Of a stretch of 64,000 nucleotides of DNA, positions 1 to 13,156 are shown in pieces; position 1 is the first letter of the stretch; the number at the start of each line of letters is the position of its first letter. Under the pieces are notes generated by a model, which saw only the letters and a program-made list of their open reading frames with translations, was not told the origin of the DNA and ran no database searches. Location of the stretch: contig OY970303.1 of the NCBI GenBank assembly GCA_963716255.1, positions 5,920,001-5,984,000 of the forward strand, in the 5' to 3' direction. Made by a program: the position numbers and the translations under genes. Origin of the DNA: an uncultured Gemmatimonadales bacterium (GTDB lineage: Bacteria; Gemmatimonadota; Gemmatimonadetes; Longimicrobiales; Longimicrobiaceae).

Positions 1-298
1 CATGGTGGAGCGGGTGGTCTCCCTGTGCTCGCCGGGGCAGACGATCGGCAAGGACGACCTGCCCGAGGAGCTGGTCAACCGGGAGCGGTCGACCACGCGC
101 GGGTTCTCGCCGTTCCTGTCGGACCAGCTGTTCCACGACGCAAAGGCGGAGGCGGTGTCGTCGTTCGAGAAGGAGTACCTGCGGTCGCTCCTGGAAAAGA
201 ACGGGGGGAACATCTCCCAGGCGGCGCGGCAGGCGGGCATAGATCGGAAGACGATTCACCGCATGCTGGCCAAGTACGAGCTGGAGGGGTGGGACTGA
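1..298 (+). CDS. sigma-54-dependent transcriptional regulator, C-terminal part (Fis-type HTH), truncated by window edge
   Basis: FEKEYL...LEKNGGNISQAARQAGIDRKTIHRML is a typical NtrC-family HTH_8 tail. Confidence 0.85.
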   Translation, partial: MVERVVSLCSPGQTIGKDDLPEELVNRERSTTRGFSPFLSDQLFHDAKAEAVSSFEKEYLRSLLEKNGGNISQAARQAGIDRKTIHRMLAKYELEGWD

Positions 299-340
299 TT
301 TCCGTGCGCTGAGGCGGGGGTGGGGCGGGGCGAGGTGGGG

Positions 341-492
341 CCGCTACGGAGCCCGGCGGAAACAGCCCCGCCGGTCTCCTCCGCGGGCTCCGGGAGCCAG
401 CCGAAACTGCCCGGCTGTCTCCCTTCGCCGGGGGGAGCCTCGCCAAACAGCCGGCGAGTCTCCCCCCGCAACGGATCATGGGGGTACTGCGG
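341..492 (+). repeat. Structured repeat family A, copy A1 (three hairpin modules)
   Basis: CCGCTACGGAGCC...GGGTACTGCGG with three GAGCC-stem-AAAC(A/T)GCC-stem'-GTCTC units; homologous to copies at 19519, 33019, 38181, 50946. Confidence 0.9.
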
Positions 493-505
493 AACGGCAA
501 CGGCA

Positions 506-540
506 AAGCCCGTCCTCCTGCTCGGGGGACGGGCTTTTTC
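506..540. terminator. Probable bidirectional intrinsic terminator
   Basis: AAAGCCCGTCC...GGACGGGCTTTTT between convergent genes. Confidence 0.7.
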
Positions 541-570
541 GCGTGGGCGGGTTCGGCTGCTCGTGCCTCG

Positions 571-1227
571 TCAGCCGGTGCGCGCCGACCGCACGGCGCG
601 CAGCAGCTCGCGCACGGCTTCCGTCGGGTCGGGGGCCTGCATCACGGCGCGGATCACGGCCACGCCGGCGGCGCCCGCGCGCGCCACCTCCGCGGCGTTC
701 GCCGCGTCGATGCCGCCGATGCCGACCGCGGGGATCCCGGCGGCGCGCGCCACGGCGGCGACGCGCGCCAGGCCCACGGGGAGGCCCGCGTCGTCCTTGC
801 TGGCGGTCTCGTGCACGGGGCCCACGCCCACGTAGTCCGCGCCGTCCCGGCGGGCGCGGACGGCCTGTTCCGGCGTTTCCGTGGAGCGGCCGAGGAGGAA
901 GCCGGGCGGGACGATGCGGCGCGCGGCGGCGACGGGGATGTCGTCGTCGCCCACGTGGGCGCCGTCGGCGCCCGCCGCCAGGGCGACGTCCACGCGGTCG
1001 TTGACGATCAGCAGGGCGCCCGCCTCGCGAGTGGCCTCGCGCAGCGCGCACGCCAGCTCCACCGTTTCCCGGGCGCTTTCCGTCTTGGCGCGGAGCTGGA
1101 CGCAGGGGGCGCCGCCGCGGAGCGCGGCGCGCACCACGTCCACCAGCTCGCGGCCCTCGCCGCAGCGGGCGTCGGTGATCACCATCAGCTCCAGGCGACG
1201 AGCCAGCTCCTCCGGAGAGGTCGTCAT
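571..1227 (-). CDS. thiE: thiamine-phosphate synthase
   Basis: VQLRAK, LIVNDRVDVA, GAHVG, DYVGVGPV, AVGIGGI motifs. Confidence 0.93.
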   Translation of the reverse strand: MTTSPEELARRLELMVITDARCGEGRELVDVVRAALRGGAPCVQLRAKTESARETVELACALREATREAGALLIVNDRVDVALAAGADGAHVGDDDIPVAAARRIVPPGFLLGRSTETPEQAVRARRDGADYVGVGPVHETASKDDAGLPVGLARVAAVARAAGIPAVGIGGIDAANAAEVARAGAAGVAVIRAVMQAPDPTEAVRELLRAVRSARTG

Positions 1228-1263
1228 GTGCAGGTCGTGCGACTCAGGAGAGACCCGTGCCGT

Positions 1264-1316
1264 TCTCCCCCTTTCCCCCGCTTGCGGGGGAGAGGGGGCC
1301 GGGGGGTGAGGGGGCC
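1264..1316 (-). repeat. Accessory CCCTCTCCCCC/GGGGGA(A/G)AGGG hairpin (element C) attached to repeat B1
   Basis: Near-identical reverse complement of 8170-8223; similar to 46607-46656. Confidence 0.7.
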
Positions 1317-1344
1317 GGCATTCGCGGACGCCAGTGCGAGCCCC

Positions 1345-1473
1345 GCGTGAGGGATTTCGGCCCGAAGGGGCGAGACCCGGCGGCCGTTTGCCGGGGCTCG
1401 ACTCCGTTACGCACGGTTGTTTCGTGCGTTACGGAGCCGAAGCCCGACCCCGGCGCCAGCCGGGGGCACGCCC
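1345..1473 (-). repeat. Structured repeat family B, copy B1
   Basis: Reverse complement reads GGGCGTGCCCCCGG...GGGTCGGGCT...CTCCGTA-stem-AAACAAC-stem-AACGGAG...GAGCC-stem-AAACGGCC-stem-GTCTC...ATCCCTCACGC. Confidence 0.9.
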
Positions 1474-1499
1474 GAACCCTTCCCTTCACGCCCTTCCAC

Positions 1500-2489
1500 T
1501 CAACGCTTCTGCGCCGCCCGCTCACGCTGGGAGCTGACCTTTGCCCGGTTGTGCTCGGCGAGAGAGCGGGTGAACACGTGCGTGCCGTTGGGCCGGGCGA
1601 CGAAGTACAGGTAGTCCACCTTCGCCGGGCTCAGCGCGGCCTCGATGGAGCCCCGGCTGGGCGAAGCGATGGGGCCCGGCGGAAGACCCGCGCGCCGGTA
1701 GGTGTTGTACGGGTTGTCTGCGACGTCGGCGATGTGGCTGTAGAGCAGCCGCGACTGGTGCGCGCCGAGGGCGTACTGCACCGTGGGGTCCGCCTGGAGC
1801 CGCATCCCGATGCGCAGGCGGTTGTGGTACACGGCGGAGATGGTGTCGCGCTCGGTCCAGACCTTTGCCTCCTTCTCCACGATGGAGGCCAGCGCGACCA
1901 CGTCCCGCTCGCTCATTCCCAGCGAGTCGGCGCGGGCGCGCATGGCGGGGGTCCAGGCCTTCCGGTAGCGGTCCACCATGGCGCGCACCATGCGCCGCGG
2001 CGGCGTGCCCAGCGCGAACTCGTAGGTGGCGGGGTACAGGTAGCCTTCCAGCGTGGGGCCGGGGACGCTCCACTTCTTCGCGGCGGCGGTGTCGGCGACG
2101 ATGGCAAGCACCGAGTCCTCCGGGGTCTTCGTCACCTCGGCCAGGCGCGCGGCGATCTGGCGCGCGGTCCACCCCTCGGGGATGGCGACGCGCACCTTGA
2201 CCACGTCGCCGGAAACGAGCTTGTCCAGCGCGGCGCTCCAGGTGGAGCCCTGCCGCAGCTCGTACACGCCGGGCTTGAGGGAGCGCTCCGCCCCCCGCGC
2301 GCGGGCGTACAGGCGGAAGCCGGCGGGCCAGCGGATCACTCCGCGCGCCGCCAGCGAGTCGGAGGCCGCGGACATGCCGCTCCCTTCCGGGATGGTGACC
2401 CGCACCGGGTCTCCGCCCTTGCCGCCGCACCCGGCCAGGAGGAGCCCCGCTAGCAGGATGGCTCCGGGTCGTGTTCTGCTGCCGCTCAT
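1500..2489 (-). CDS. mltG: endolytic transglycosylase MltG (YceG)
   Basis: IPEG, LEGYLYPATY, ASIVEKE, LQADPTVQY, NPYNTY..GLPPGPIASP, YLYFVA; ATG at 2489 overlaps ruvX stop; lipobox-like LAGC. Confidence 0.93.
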   Translation of the reverse strand: MSGSRTRPGAILLAGLLLAGCGGKGGDPVRVTIPEGSGMSAASDSLAARGVIRWPAGFRLYARARGAERSLKPGVYELRQGSTWSAALDKLVSGDVVKVRVAIPEGWTARQIAARLAEVTKTPEDSVLAIVADTAAAKKWSVPGPTLEGYLYPATYEFALGTPPRRMVRAMVDRYRKAWTPAMRARADSLGMSERDVVALASIVEKEAKVWTERDTISAVYHNRLRIGMRLQADPTVQYALGAHQSRLLYSHIADVADNPYNTYRRAGLPPGPIASPSRGSIEAALSPAKVDYLYFVARPNGTHVFTRSLAEHNRAKVSSQRERAAQKR

Positions 2490-2929
2490 TCCTCGTCGCT
2501 CGAATCGTGGGCGCCGTGGTCCAGGTAGCCGCGCAGGATCAGCGCCGCCGCCGTGGAGTCGATGCGCGCCTTGTCCTCGCGCTGGCTCCGCTTCAGCCCC
2601 AGGCTTCGCACGGCGCGTTCCGCTTCCACCGAAGACAGGCGCTCGTCCACCCAGTGCACGGGGAGGCCGGTGCGCCGGGCCAGCTCCGCCCCGAAGGCGC
2701 GCACCTCCGCCGCCCATTCTCCCTCGTCCCCGCCCAGTTCGAGCGGGAGCCCCACCACCAGCTCGGCCACCTCGTGCCCGGCCACCAGGCGCGCGATCTC
2801 GGCCCAGGGCGGCCTCTTCCCGGGCCGGCGCACCAGCGTGGTCAGCGGCGCGGCGATGGTGCGCGTGGGGTCGCTGAGCGCCACCCCGATGCGCTTCCGC
2901 CCGAAGTCCAGCGCCAGGATCCTGCTCAT
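2486..2929 (-). CDS. ruvX: Holliday junction resolvase RuvX / YqgF
   Basis: ILALDFGRKRIGVALSD, VVGLP, VDERLSS, IDSTAAALIL. Confidence 0.93.
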   Translation of the reverse strand: MSRILALDFGRKRIGVALSDPTRTIAAPLTTLVRRPGKRPPWAEIARLVAGHEVAELVVGLPLELGGDEGEWAAEVRAFGAELARRTGLPVHWVDERLSSVEAERAVRSLGLKRSQREDKARIDSTAAALILRGYLDHGAHDSSDEE

Positions 2930-2987
2930 GGCCTCTCCAAGCGAAAACGGCCCGCCGGAGCGGGCCGCCGGACCGGCCTGCGCGCTC

Positions 2988-7013
<4,026 letters not shown>

Positions 7014-7225
7014 TCCTGGCTGCCTCCTGATCTGAAACGCGAGCCCGCCTCGCGCCCGCGGGGCGCAAGGGAGTCGCACCTGAAAACCCAGGGTCGTAAT
7101 GTAAAGGCCCGCGCGACGTAGCCGCAAGCGGCGCCGCCGCCTGCGGGGGGGCGGGGATGGCACGCCCGTTGCTGCCCCGGGGCTCCGCCGGCCCTTCGCC
7201 CACACCCTGCTCCCGTCCATCCGCC

Positions 7226-7465
7226 ATGTACTACGAAGACCAGTCTCGACGCTTCAACCTCGCCAGCGGGCTGCTGTCCGGGGCGGTGCTGGGGGCGGGG
7301 ATCGCCCTGCTCCTGCTCCCCGACCGCAGGCGCGCCCGCCGCATCGGCCGCGCGGCCGCGGGCGTCGGGCGAAAGGCCGCCCGCCGCGCCGGGGAGCTGC
7401 GCGAGGAGCTCGGCGACACCCTGCAGGACACCGTCCGCGCCGGCAGGCGGCGGCTGAAGCGGTAG
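7226..7465 (+). CDS. small membrane-anchored protein, YtxH-like
   Basis: GLLSGAVLGAGIALLLLP followed by basic/helical tail. Confidence 0.6.
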   Translation: MYYEDQSRRFNLASGLLSGAVLGAGIALLLLPDRRRARRIGRAAAGVGRKAARRAGELREELGDTLQDTVRAGRRRLKR

Positions 7466-7484
7466 TCCGCCGCGCGACCGGGAC

Positions 7485-7741
7485 GTGCGCGCCAGCGGCG
7501 AGGAGCTGGAGCCGCTGTTCCGCCGCCTCTTCCCGGGGCACCGCTTCATCGTGGTCTCCAACCGCGAGCCGTACGAGCACCGCTGGTCGGACGAGGTGGG
7601 GGAGGAGGAGATGCGGGAGGCGGTCCTGGTGAACCCCTACGATCCCGAGGACTTCGCGCGCAGCATCCGCGACGCGCTGGCGATGCCGCCGGGGGAGCGG
7701 AGGAGCACGCCGAGTTCGCCATCCCCGCGGAGATGTCCTGA
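7485..7741 (+). pseudogene. otsA: internally deleted trehalose-6-phosphate synthase remnant
   Basis: N-terminal FIVVSNREPY joined directly to C-terminal EAVLVNPYD...ALAMPPGERR; about 85 codons versus the usual 450-500 aa. Confidence 0.7.
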
Positions 7742-7756
7742 GCTCCTGGGCGCTCC

Positions 7757-7975
7757 TCAGCCGCCGGCCGGGTACAGGCCGAACGGAATGCCCGCCCTTT
7801 CCAGCTCTCCCCCCAGCCGGTCCACCTCCTCCGGCAGCGTTTCCAGCGCCAGGCTGCACCGGGCGTTCGCTCCCGGCGGCGCGGGTACCACCTCCACGGG
7901 AATTCCCTCCCCGGCCGCGACCTCCTCCGCCCAGAGCGCGTGGTGCGTGGTGTCGAAGGTGAACAGTCGAGTCAT
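7757..7975 (-). CDS. DUF3343-like small protein
   Basis: FTFDTTHHALWAEE...VVPAP....CSLAL pattern. Confidence 0.65.
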   Translation of the reverse strand: MTRLFTFDTTHHALWAEEVAAGEGIPVEVVPAPPGANARCSLALETLPEEVDRLGGELERAGIPFGLYPAGG

Positions 7976-8013
7976 ACCGGACGGGGGGGTGTCGGGATGA
8001 AGAATCGGGATTT

Positions 8014-8141
8014 GGGCGTGCCCCCGGCTGCGCCGGGGTCGGGCTGCGGCTCCGTAACGCACGAAACAACCGTGCGTAACGGAGTCGAGCCCCGCCAAAC
8101 GGCCGGCGGGTCTCGCCGCTTCGCGCTCGCATCCCTCACGC
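8014..8141 (+). repeat. Structured repeat family B, copy B2
   Basis: GGGCGTGCCCCCGG...ATCCCTCACGC, same layout as B1. Confidence 0.9.
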
Positions 8142-8169
8142 GGGGTGGGCGCTGGCGTCCGCGAGGATG

Positions 8170-8223
8170 GGCCCCCTCACCCCCCGCCCCCTCTCCCCCG
8201 CAAGCGGGGGAAAGGGGGAGAAC
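8170..8223 (+). repeat. Accessory hairpin element C after B2
   Basis: CCCCCTCTCCCCCGCAAGCGGGGGAAAGGGGG. Confidence 0.7.
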
Positions 8224-8351
8224 CGCACGACATCCCTCCGTTCAGCACCTTGCTGACACCCAAGTGGGCCTGACCTACACGGATTCCGTATCATCTGGTC
8301 ATCCCCATGGGGTAGCCGACTCCTCACGCCATACTCTGTATCTCTCCCCCG

Positions 8352-8383
8352 CGCACTCTCGCACTTTCGCACTCCCGCACTTA
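8352..8383 (+). repeat. Short tandem repeat (CGCACTYN)x4
   Basis: cgcactct cgcacttt cgcactcc cgcactta. Confidence 0.7.
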
Positions 8384-8456
8384 TCTTCTCCGTCCTTCCG
8401 CGCGGCCTCAAGATCCGGCGCGCCGCCGGCTCCACGCAAGCCACCGCTCAGCCAAC

Positions 8457-9692
8457 GTGCCGTCGTTTCCGCCGGTCAGAGAGCAGCTGGACGCCATCCG
8501 CCAGGGGGCGCTCGAGATCGTCCCCGAGGAGGAGCTGGTCCGCAAGCTGGAGCGCTCCGCGCGCACCGGCGAGCCGCTGCTCGTCAAGCAGGGGTTCGAC
8601 CCCACGCGCCCCGACCTCCACATCGGCCACGCCGTCTCCATCCGCAAGCTCCGGACGTTCCAGGAGCTGGGGCACCAGGTGGTGTTCGTGGTGGGCGACT
8701 ACACCGCGCTGATCGGCGACCCGACGGGGCGCAGCGAGCTGCGCCCGCAGCTCACGGAAGCGGAGGTCGCGGAGAACGCCCGCACGTACACCGAGCAGGT
8801 GTTCCGCATCCTGGACCCGGCGCGGACGCGGGTGGAGTTCAACTCCGCCTGGCTCGCGCCGCTCCGCACGGTGGACATCCTGAAGCTCACGGCGCAGTAC
8901 ACCGTCGCCCGCATGCTGGAGCGCGACGACTTCGCCAAGCGCTACGCCGAGGGGCGCCCCATCTCGGTGGTGGAGTTCATGTACCCGCTCATGCAGGCCT
9001 ACGACTCCGTGGCGCTGCGTGCGGACGTGGAGCTGGGCGGCTCGGACCAGAAGTTCAACCTGCTCATGACCCGCGACGTGCAGGCGCGCTACGGGCAGGA
9101 GCCGCAGGTCTGCCTGCTGATGCCGCTGCTGCGCGGCACCGACGGCGTGCAGAAGATGTCCAAGTCCTACGACAACTACGTGGGGCTCACGCACGCTCCC
9201 GAGGAGCAGTACGGGCGGACCATGTCCATCCCGGACGAGGTGATGGACGAGTGGTACCGGCTGGCCTCCGGGCTCGCCGGGGAGGAGCTGGAGCGCGCGC
9301 TTGCCGGCGTCGCGGCCGGTCCGTACGCCGCCAAGCGCGTCCTCGCCGCGCACATCGTGGCGACCTACCACGGGGCGGCCGCGGCGCGGGAGGCTTCCGA
9401 GCACTTCGACCGCGTGTTCCGCCGCCACGAGGCGCCCGAGGAGGTCCCGACGCTGGAGCTGTCCGCCGCCGACGAGGCGCTGGCTGTGCAGGGAGGGCGG
9501 GTCGCGCTCCCGCGGCTGCTGGCCCGGGCGGGGCTTGCCGCCTCCAACGCCGAGGCGGTCCGTCTCATCCAGCAGGGAGCGGTCTCCGTGGACGGCGAGA
9601 AGGCGATCCGCCGCGAGGACACCGTCGCGGCCAGCGGCGAGCACCTTCTCCAGAAGGGCAAGCGCCACTTCGTCCGGGTGCGCTTCTCCTGA
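8457..9692 (+). CDS. tyrS: tyrosine--tRNA ligase
   Basis: GFDPTRPDLHIGH, YPLMQAYD, GGSDQKFN, KMSKS, C-terminal S4-like domain. Confidence 0.96.
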   Translation: MPSFPPVREQLDAIRQGALEIVPEEELVRKLERSARTGEPLLVKQGFDPTRPDLHIGHAVSIRKLRTFQELGHQVVFVVGDYTALIGDPTGRSELRPQLTEAEVAENARTYTEQVFRILDPARTRVEFNSAWLAPLRTVDILKLTAQYTVARMLERDDFAKRYAEGRPISVVEFMYPLMQAYDSVALRADVELGGSDQKFNLLMTRDVQARYGQEPQVCLLMPLLRGTDGVQKMSKSYDNYVGLTHAPEEQYGRTMSIPDEVMDEWYRLASGLAGEELERALAGVAAGPYAAKRVLAAHIVATYHGAAAAREASEHFDRVFRRHEAPEEVPTLELSAADEALAVQGGRVALPRLLARAGLAASNAEAVRLIQQGAVSVDGEKAIRREDTVAASGEHLLQKGKRHFVRVRFS

Positions 9693-10114
9693 CCGCGGCG
9701 GGCCGATACGGGTCCGGCATCGAATTCGGCCGTTTTTGTCGCGTGGGTTGCGTGCCCGGAAGTCCCTTTTCGAGACTCCGGCAGGTGCTGGAAATTTCAG
9801 TGGGCGAACATCTTTCCAGACCGGCAACGTTTGCATATTCTAAGTAGGCGTCGTTTGTCGAACGATCGTTAGAAAGGCGGCACGAACGTTGCGCCCGACC
9901 GTTTCTCTTGCGGAACGTCTCGTAGACCTGCACATAATCCCACACGGCAATCCAGGCTGGCCCTTCCTCGGCCGGGCCGGGTGCCGTTTTCATCCACTTT
10001 CTGAAAAGGAGGGCGACGCCCGATTACCCTGTCCGTGTGTGCCCCCCGCCTCCGGCAGCTTCGCCGCAGGCAGGCACTCAACCCGCTCGTTGGCCCACTT
10101 CACGGAGGTTCGTT

Positions 10115-13100
10115 ATGGGCAAGCTTCTACGACTGCTGGTGATCCTGATCACCTCGGTCTGTGTGGCATCGCCCGCGCTAGCACAGCAGCGCGGCACCAT
10201 CTCGGGGACAGTCAGTTCGGAAGGAAACCAGCCCCTCGCGGGCGCGACGGTGCTCGTCGGCGGGACCGCCCTGCGCGGCGTCACCGACCAGGCGGGCCAG
10301 TACCGGATCGTCAACGTCCCGGCCGGAAGCCATGACGTCACCGCCTCCGTGCTCGGCTACGCGCCCCGCACGCAGCGCGTGACCGTCGCGGCCGACGGGA
10401 CGGCGAACGCCAGCTTCCAGCTCTCGGCGTCCGCGCTCGAGATCGGCGGCCTGGTGGTCACCGCGACCGGCGCCGAGCAGCGCCGCCGCGAGATCGGCAG
10501 CTCGGTGGGGTCGATCAACACCTCCAACGTCGAGCTGGCCCCGGTCACCAACGTTTCCCAGCTGATCCAGGGCCGCGTGCCCGGCGCGGTGGTGATGCAG
10601 GCCAGCGGCACGACCGGCACGGGCTCGCGCGTCCGCATCCGCGGCAACAACAGCCTCACGCTGTCCAACGCGCCGCTGCTCATCATCGACGGCGTGCGCG
10701 TGCAGAGCTCCGAGGAGAGCCTGGGCTTCGGCGTCGGCGGCCAGAGCGTGTCGCGCCTGAACGACCTGAACCCCGAGGACATCGAGAACATCGACGTCCT
10801 CAAGGGGCCGGCCGCTTCGGCGCTGTACGGCACCGCCGCGGCGAACGGGGTGATCCAGGTCACCACCAAGCGCGGCCGGGCCGGGCGCCCGCAGTTCCGC
10901 TTCTGGACGGAGTCGGGCCGCGAGCAGAAGAACGTCACCTTCCCCGACAACGTCCAGGCGCTCGACGCCGACGGCCTCGCCTGCCCGATCTACTACCAGG
11001 CGGAGGGCTTCTGCACCCCCACGGCGACCTACACGTACAACCCGCTCGAGGCCGACGGCACGTTCCGCAAGGGGAACCGCCGGACGCTGGGCGGGAGCGC
11101 GTCGGGCGGGAGCACGGACGCCACCTTCTACGTCTCCGGCGAGTACGAGGACGCAGAGGGGATCCAGTTCAACAACAACTACCGGCGCGTCAACGTCCAG
11201 ACCAACCTCACCGGCAACCTGGGTGAGAAGCTCCGCATCGGCGCCAACGTCGGCCTGATCGAGAGCGACCTGGAGCTGCCGCTGGCCGACAACGCGTCGT
11301 TCGGCCTGTTCGGGATGGGCCTGTACGGCTCGCCCTCGCCGGACAACGTGGAGCTGCAGGGCGGCTTCGAGTCGGACCCGGCGTTCGCGTACGACTGGAA
11401 GACCTTCCAGGACGTCAGCCGCTTCACGGGGAGCACCAACGCCAACTACCGGCCGCTCACCTGGCTGAACATCAACGGCACCGTCGGGCTTGACCGCACG
11501 GACCGCGACGAGCAGTTCCGCATCCCGCGCGAGAACGCGTACGCCGTCTTCGGCGCCCCGTACACGGCGGGCATGATCGACCAGTTCAAGACGACGTTCT
11601 ACAACCTGACCACCAACGCGAGCGGCACTGCCCAGTTCGACCTGAGCAGCGACCTGGCCTCCACCACGTCGGTGGGCACGCAGTACCTGCGCGAGACCAG
11701 CCAGTCGGTCGAGGCGTTCGGCGCCACGCTGACGCCGGGCATCGAGACGTCGCTGGCCGGGGCTTCCACGGACTTCGACGTGGCCGAGGGCAACGTCAAG
11801 AACGCCACCGTGTCGGCGTACGCGCAGCAGCAGTTCGCCTGGCGGGACCGCCTGTTCCTGAACGCCTCCGCGCGCGGCGACCAGAACAGCGCGTTCGGCG
11901 TCAACCTGGGCTGGGTGTGGTACCCGGCGTTCAGCGGCGCCTGGGTCCTTTCGGAGGAGCCCTTCTTCCCCGACCTGGCCGTGCTCAACACGCTCCGTCT
12001 GCGGGCCGCCTGGGGCCAGTCCGGCCTGCGTCCGGGCTCCACCGACGCGCAGCTCGCCTACACCAGCATCGTCTCGATCTTCGGCAACACCAGCGTGCCG
12101 GGCTTCGCGATCAATGAGCTGGGCAACACGGACCTGAAGCCCGAGCGCGTCACCGAGCTCGAGATGGGCTTCGACACCGAGTTCTTCGACAACCGGCTCG
12201 GCCTCGAAGTCACCCACTTCGACAAGACGTCCACGGACGCGCTCGTCCGCCAGCCGCTGGCCCCGTCCTCGGGCGCGGGCTCGGCGACGTCCGGTACGTC
12301 CGGGACCCGCTTCGTGAACCTGGGCGAGGTGCAGAACACCGGGTGGGAGGTGCTCTTCCGCGCCCAGCCGATCCGGACCGACGACATCGGGCTCAGCTTC
12401 ACGCTGAGCGGCTCCGCGGTGAAGAACCGGCTCAACAGCCTGGGCTCGGACACGCAGGGCAACCCGATCCCGCCGATCGTCCTCAGCTCGCGCCAGCGCC
12501 ATGCCGAGGGCTACGCGCTCGGCGGGTGGTGGATGATCCCGGTGGAGAGCTACGCCGACGCCAACAACAACGGCCTGCTCAGCTCGAACGAGGTCAAGGT
12601 CGGCGTCCGCCGCGCGGACGGCACGCTCAAGGCCGACTCCGTGGCGTACTTCGGCAGCCCGTTCCCGACCCGCGAGGCGTCGTTCAACGCGAACTTCAAC
12701 TTCCGCGAGTGGCTGCGCATCTCCGCCCTGTTCGACCACAAGGGCGGGCACAAGCTGGTGAACATGACCCGCGCCTGGCGCTGCGTGGACGCGCAGAACT
12801 GCGCCGCGGCGTACGACGCCAGCACCCCGCTGGACCAGCAGGCGGCCATGGTCGCCCGCGGGCTTCTCCCCGGCGGCACCTGGGGCGGCTTCGTCGAGGA
12901 CGCGGACTTCGTCAAGTTCCGCGAGGTGTCGCTCACGCTGGGCCTGCCCACGAACTGGGCGGACCGCTTCGGCGCCAGCGGGCTGAGCCTCACCCTCGCC
13001 GGCCGCAACCTGAAGACCTGGACGGACTACAGCGGGTTCGACCCGGAAGTCAACTTCAGCGGGACGTCGAACTTCACCTCGGGTGACTACGCCACCATCC

Positions 13101-13144
13101 CGGCGAACAAGCTGTTCACCGCCCGCGTCGACGTCACCTTCTAA
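10115..13144 (+). CDS. SusC/RagA-family TonB-dependent outer-membrane receptor
   Basis: Signal peptide, carboxypeptidase-regulatory-like N-domain, plug motifs LNPEDIENIDVLKGPAASALYG and ANGVIQVTTKRG, C-terminal Phe. Confidence 0.92.
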   Translation: MGKLLRLLVILITSVCVASPALAQQRGTISGTVSSEGNQPLAGATVLVGGTALRGVTDQAGQYRIVNVPAGSHDVTASVLGYAPRTQRVTVAADGTANASFQLSASALEIGGLVVTATGAEQRRREIGSSVGSINTSNVELAPVTNVSQLIQGRVPGAVVMQASGTTGTGSRVRIRGNNSLTLSNAPLLIIDGVRVQSSEESLGFGVGGQSVSRLNDLNPEDIENIDVLKGPAASALYGTAAANGVIQVTTKRGRAGRPQFRFWTESGREQKNVTFPDNVQALDADGLACPIYYQAEGFCTPTATYTYNPLEADGTFRKGNRRTLGGSASGGSTDATFYVSGEYEDAEGIQFNNNYRRVNVQTNLTGNLGEKLRIGANVGLIESDLELPLADNASFGLFGMGLYGSPSPDNVELQGGFESDPAFAYDWKTFQDVSRFTGSTNANYRPLTWLNINGTVGLDRTDRDEQFRIPRENAYAVFGAPYTAGMIDQFKTTFYNLTTNASGTAQFDLSSDLASTTSVGTQYLRETSQSVEAFGATLTPGIETSLAGASTDFDVAEGNVKNATVSAYAQQQFAWRDRLFLNASARGDQNSAFGVNLGWVWYPAFSGAWVLSEEPFFPDLAVLNTLRLRAAWGQSGLRPGSTDAQLAYTSIVSIFGNTSVPGFAINELGNTDLKPERVTELEMGFDTEFFDNRLGLEVTHFDKTSTDALVRQPLAPSSGAGSATSGTSGTRFVNLGEVQNTGWEVLFRAQPIRTDDIGLSFTLSGSAVKNRLNSLGSDTQGNPIPPIVLSSRQRHAEGYALGGWWMIPVESYADANNNGLLSSNEVKVGVRRADGTLKADSVAYFGSPFPTREASFNANFNFREWLRISALFDHKGGHKLVNMTRAWRCVDAQNCAAAYDASTPLDQQAAMVARGLLPGGTWGGFVEDADFVKFREVSLTLGLPTNWADRFGASGLSLTLAGRNLKTWTDYSGFDPEVNFSGTSNFTSGDYATIPANKLFTARVDVTF

Positions 13145-13156
13145 GGGGGAGAAACG

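Noticed and set aside
341..492. Three near-repeats per A element as a mini CRISPR array
   Set aside because: Variation lies inside the repeat stems, linkers are short and conserved between copies, and there are no cas genes.
1244..1614. Short ORFs sharing peptides such as VTHETTVRNGVEPRQ or LPSVSSAGSG at many loci
   Set aside because: They are translations of repeats A/B; frames, starts and lengths are not conserved.
8014..8141. Known self-cleaving ribozyme (hammerhead/HDV) in family B
   Set aside because: No CUGANGA/GAAA core or HDV pseudoknot pattern recognisable by eye; not excluded without a covariance search.
8225..8456. T-box riboswitch upstream of tyrS
   Set aside because: No T-box consensus (GGTGGNACCGCG) or terminator/antiterminator visible; the lower-GC stretch 8230-8340 remains unexplained.
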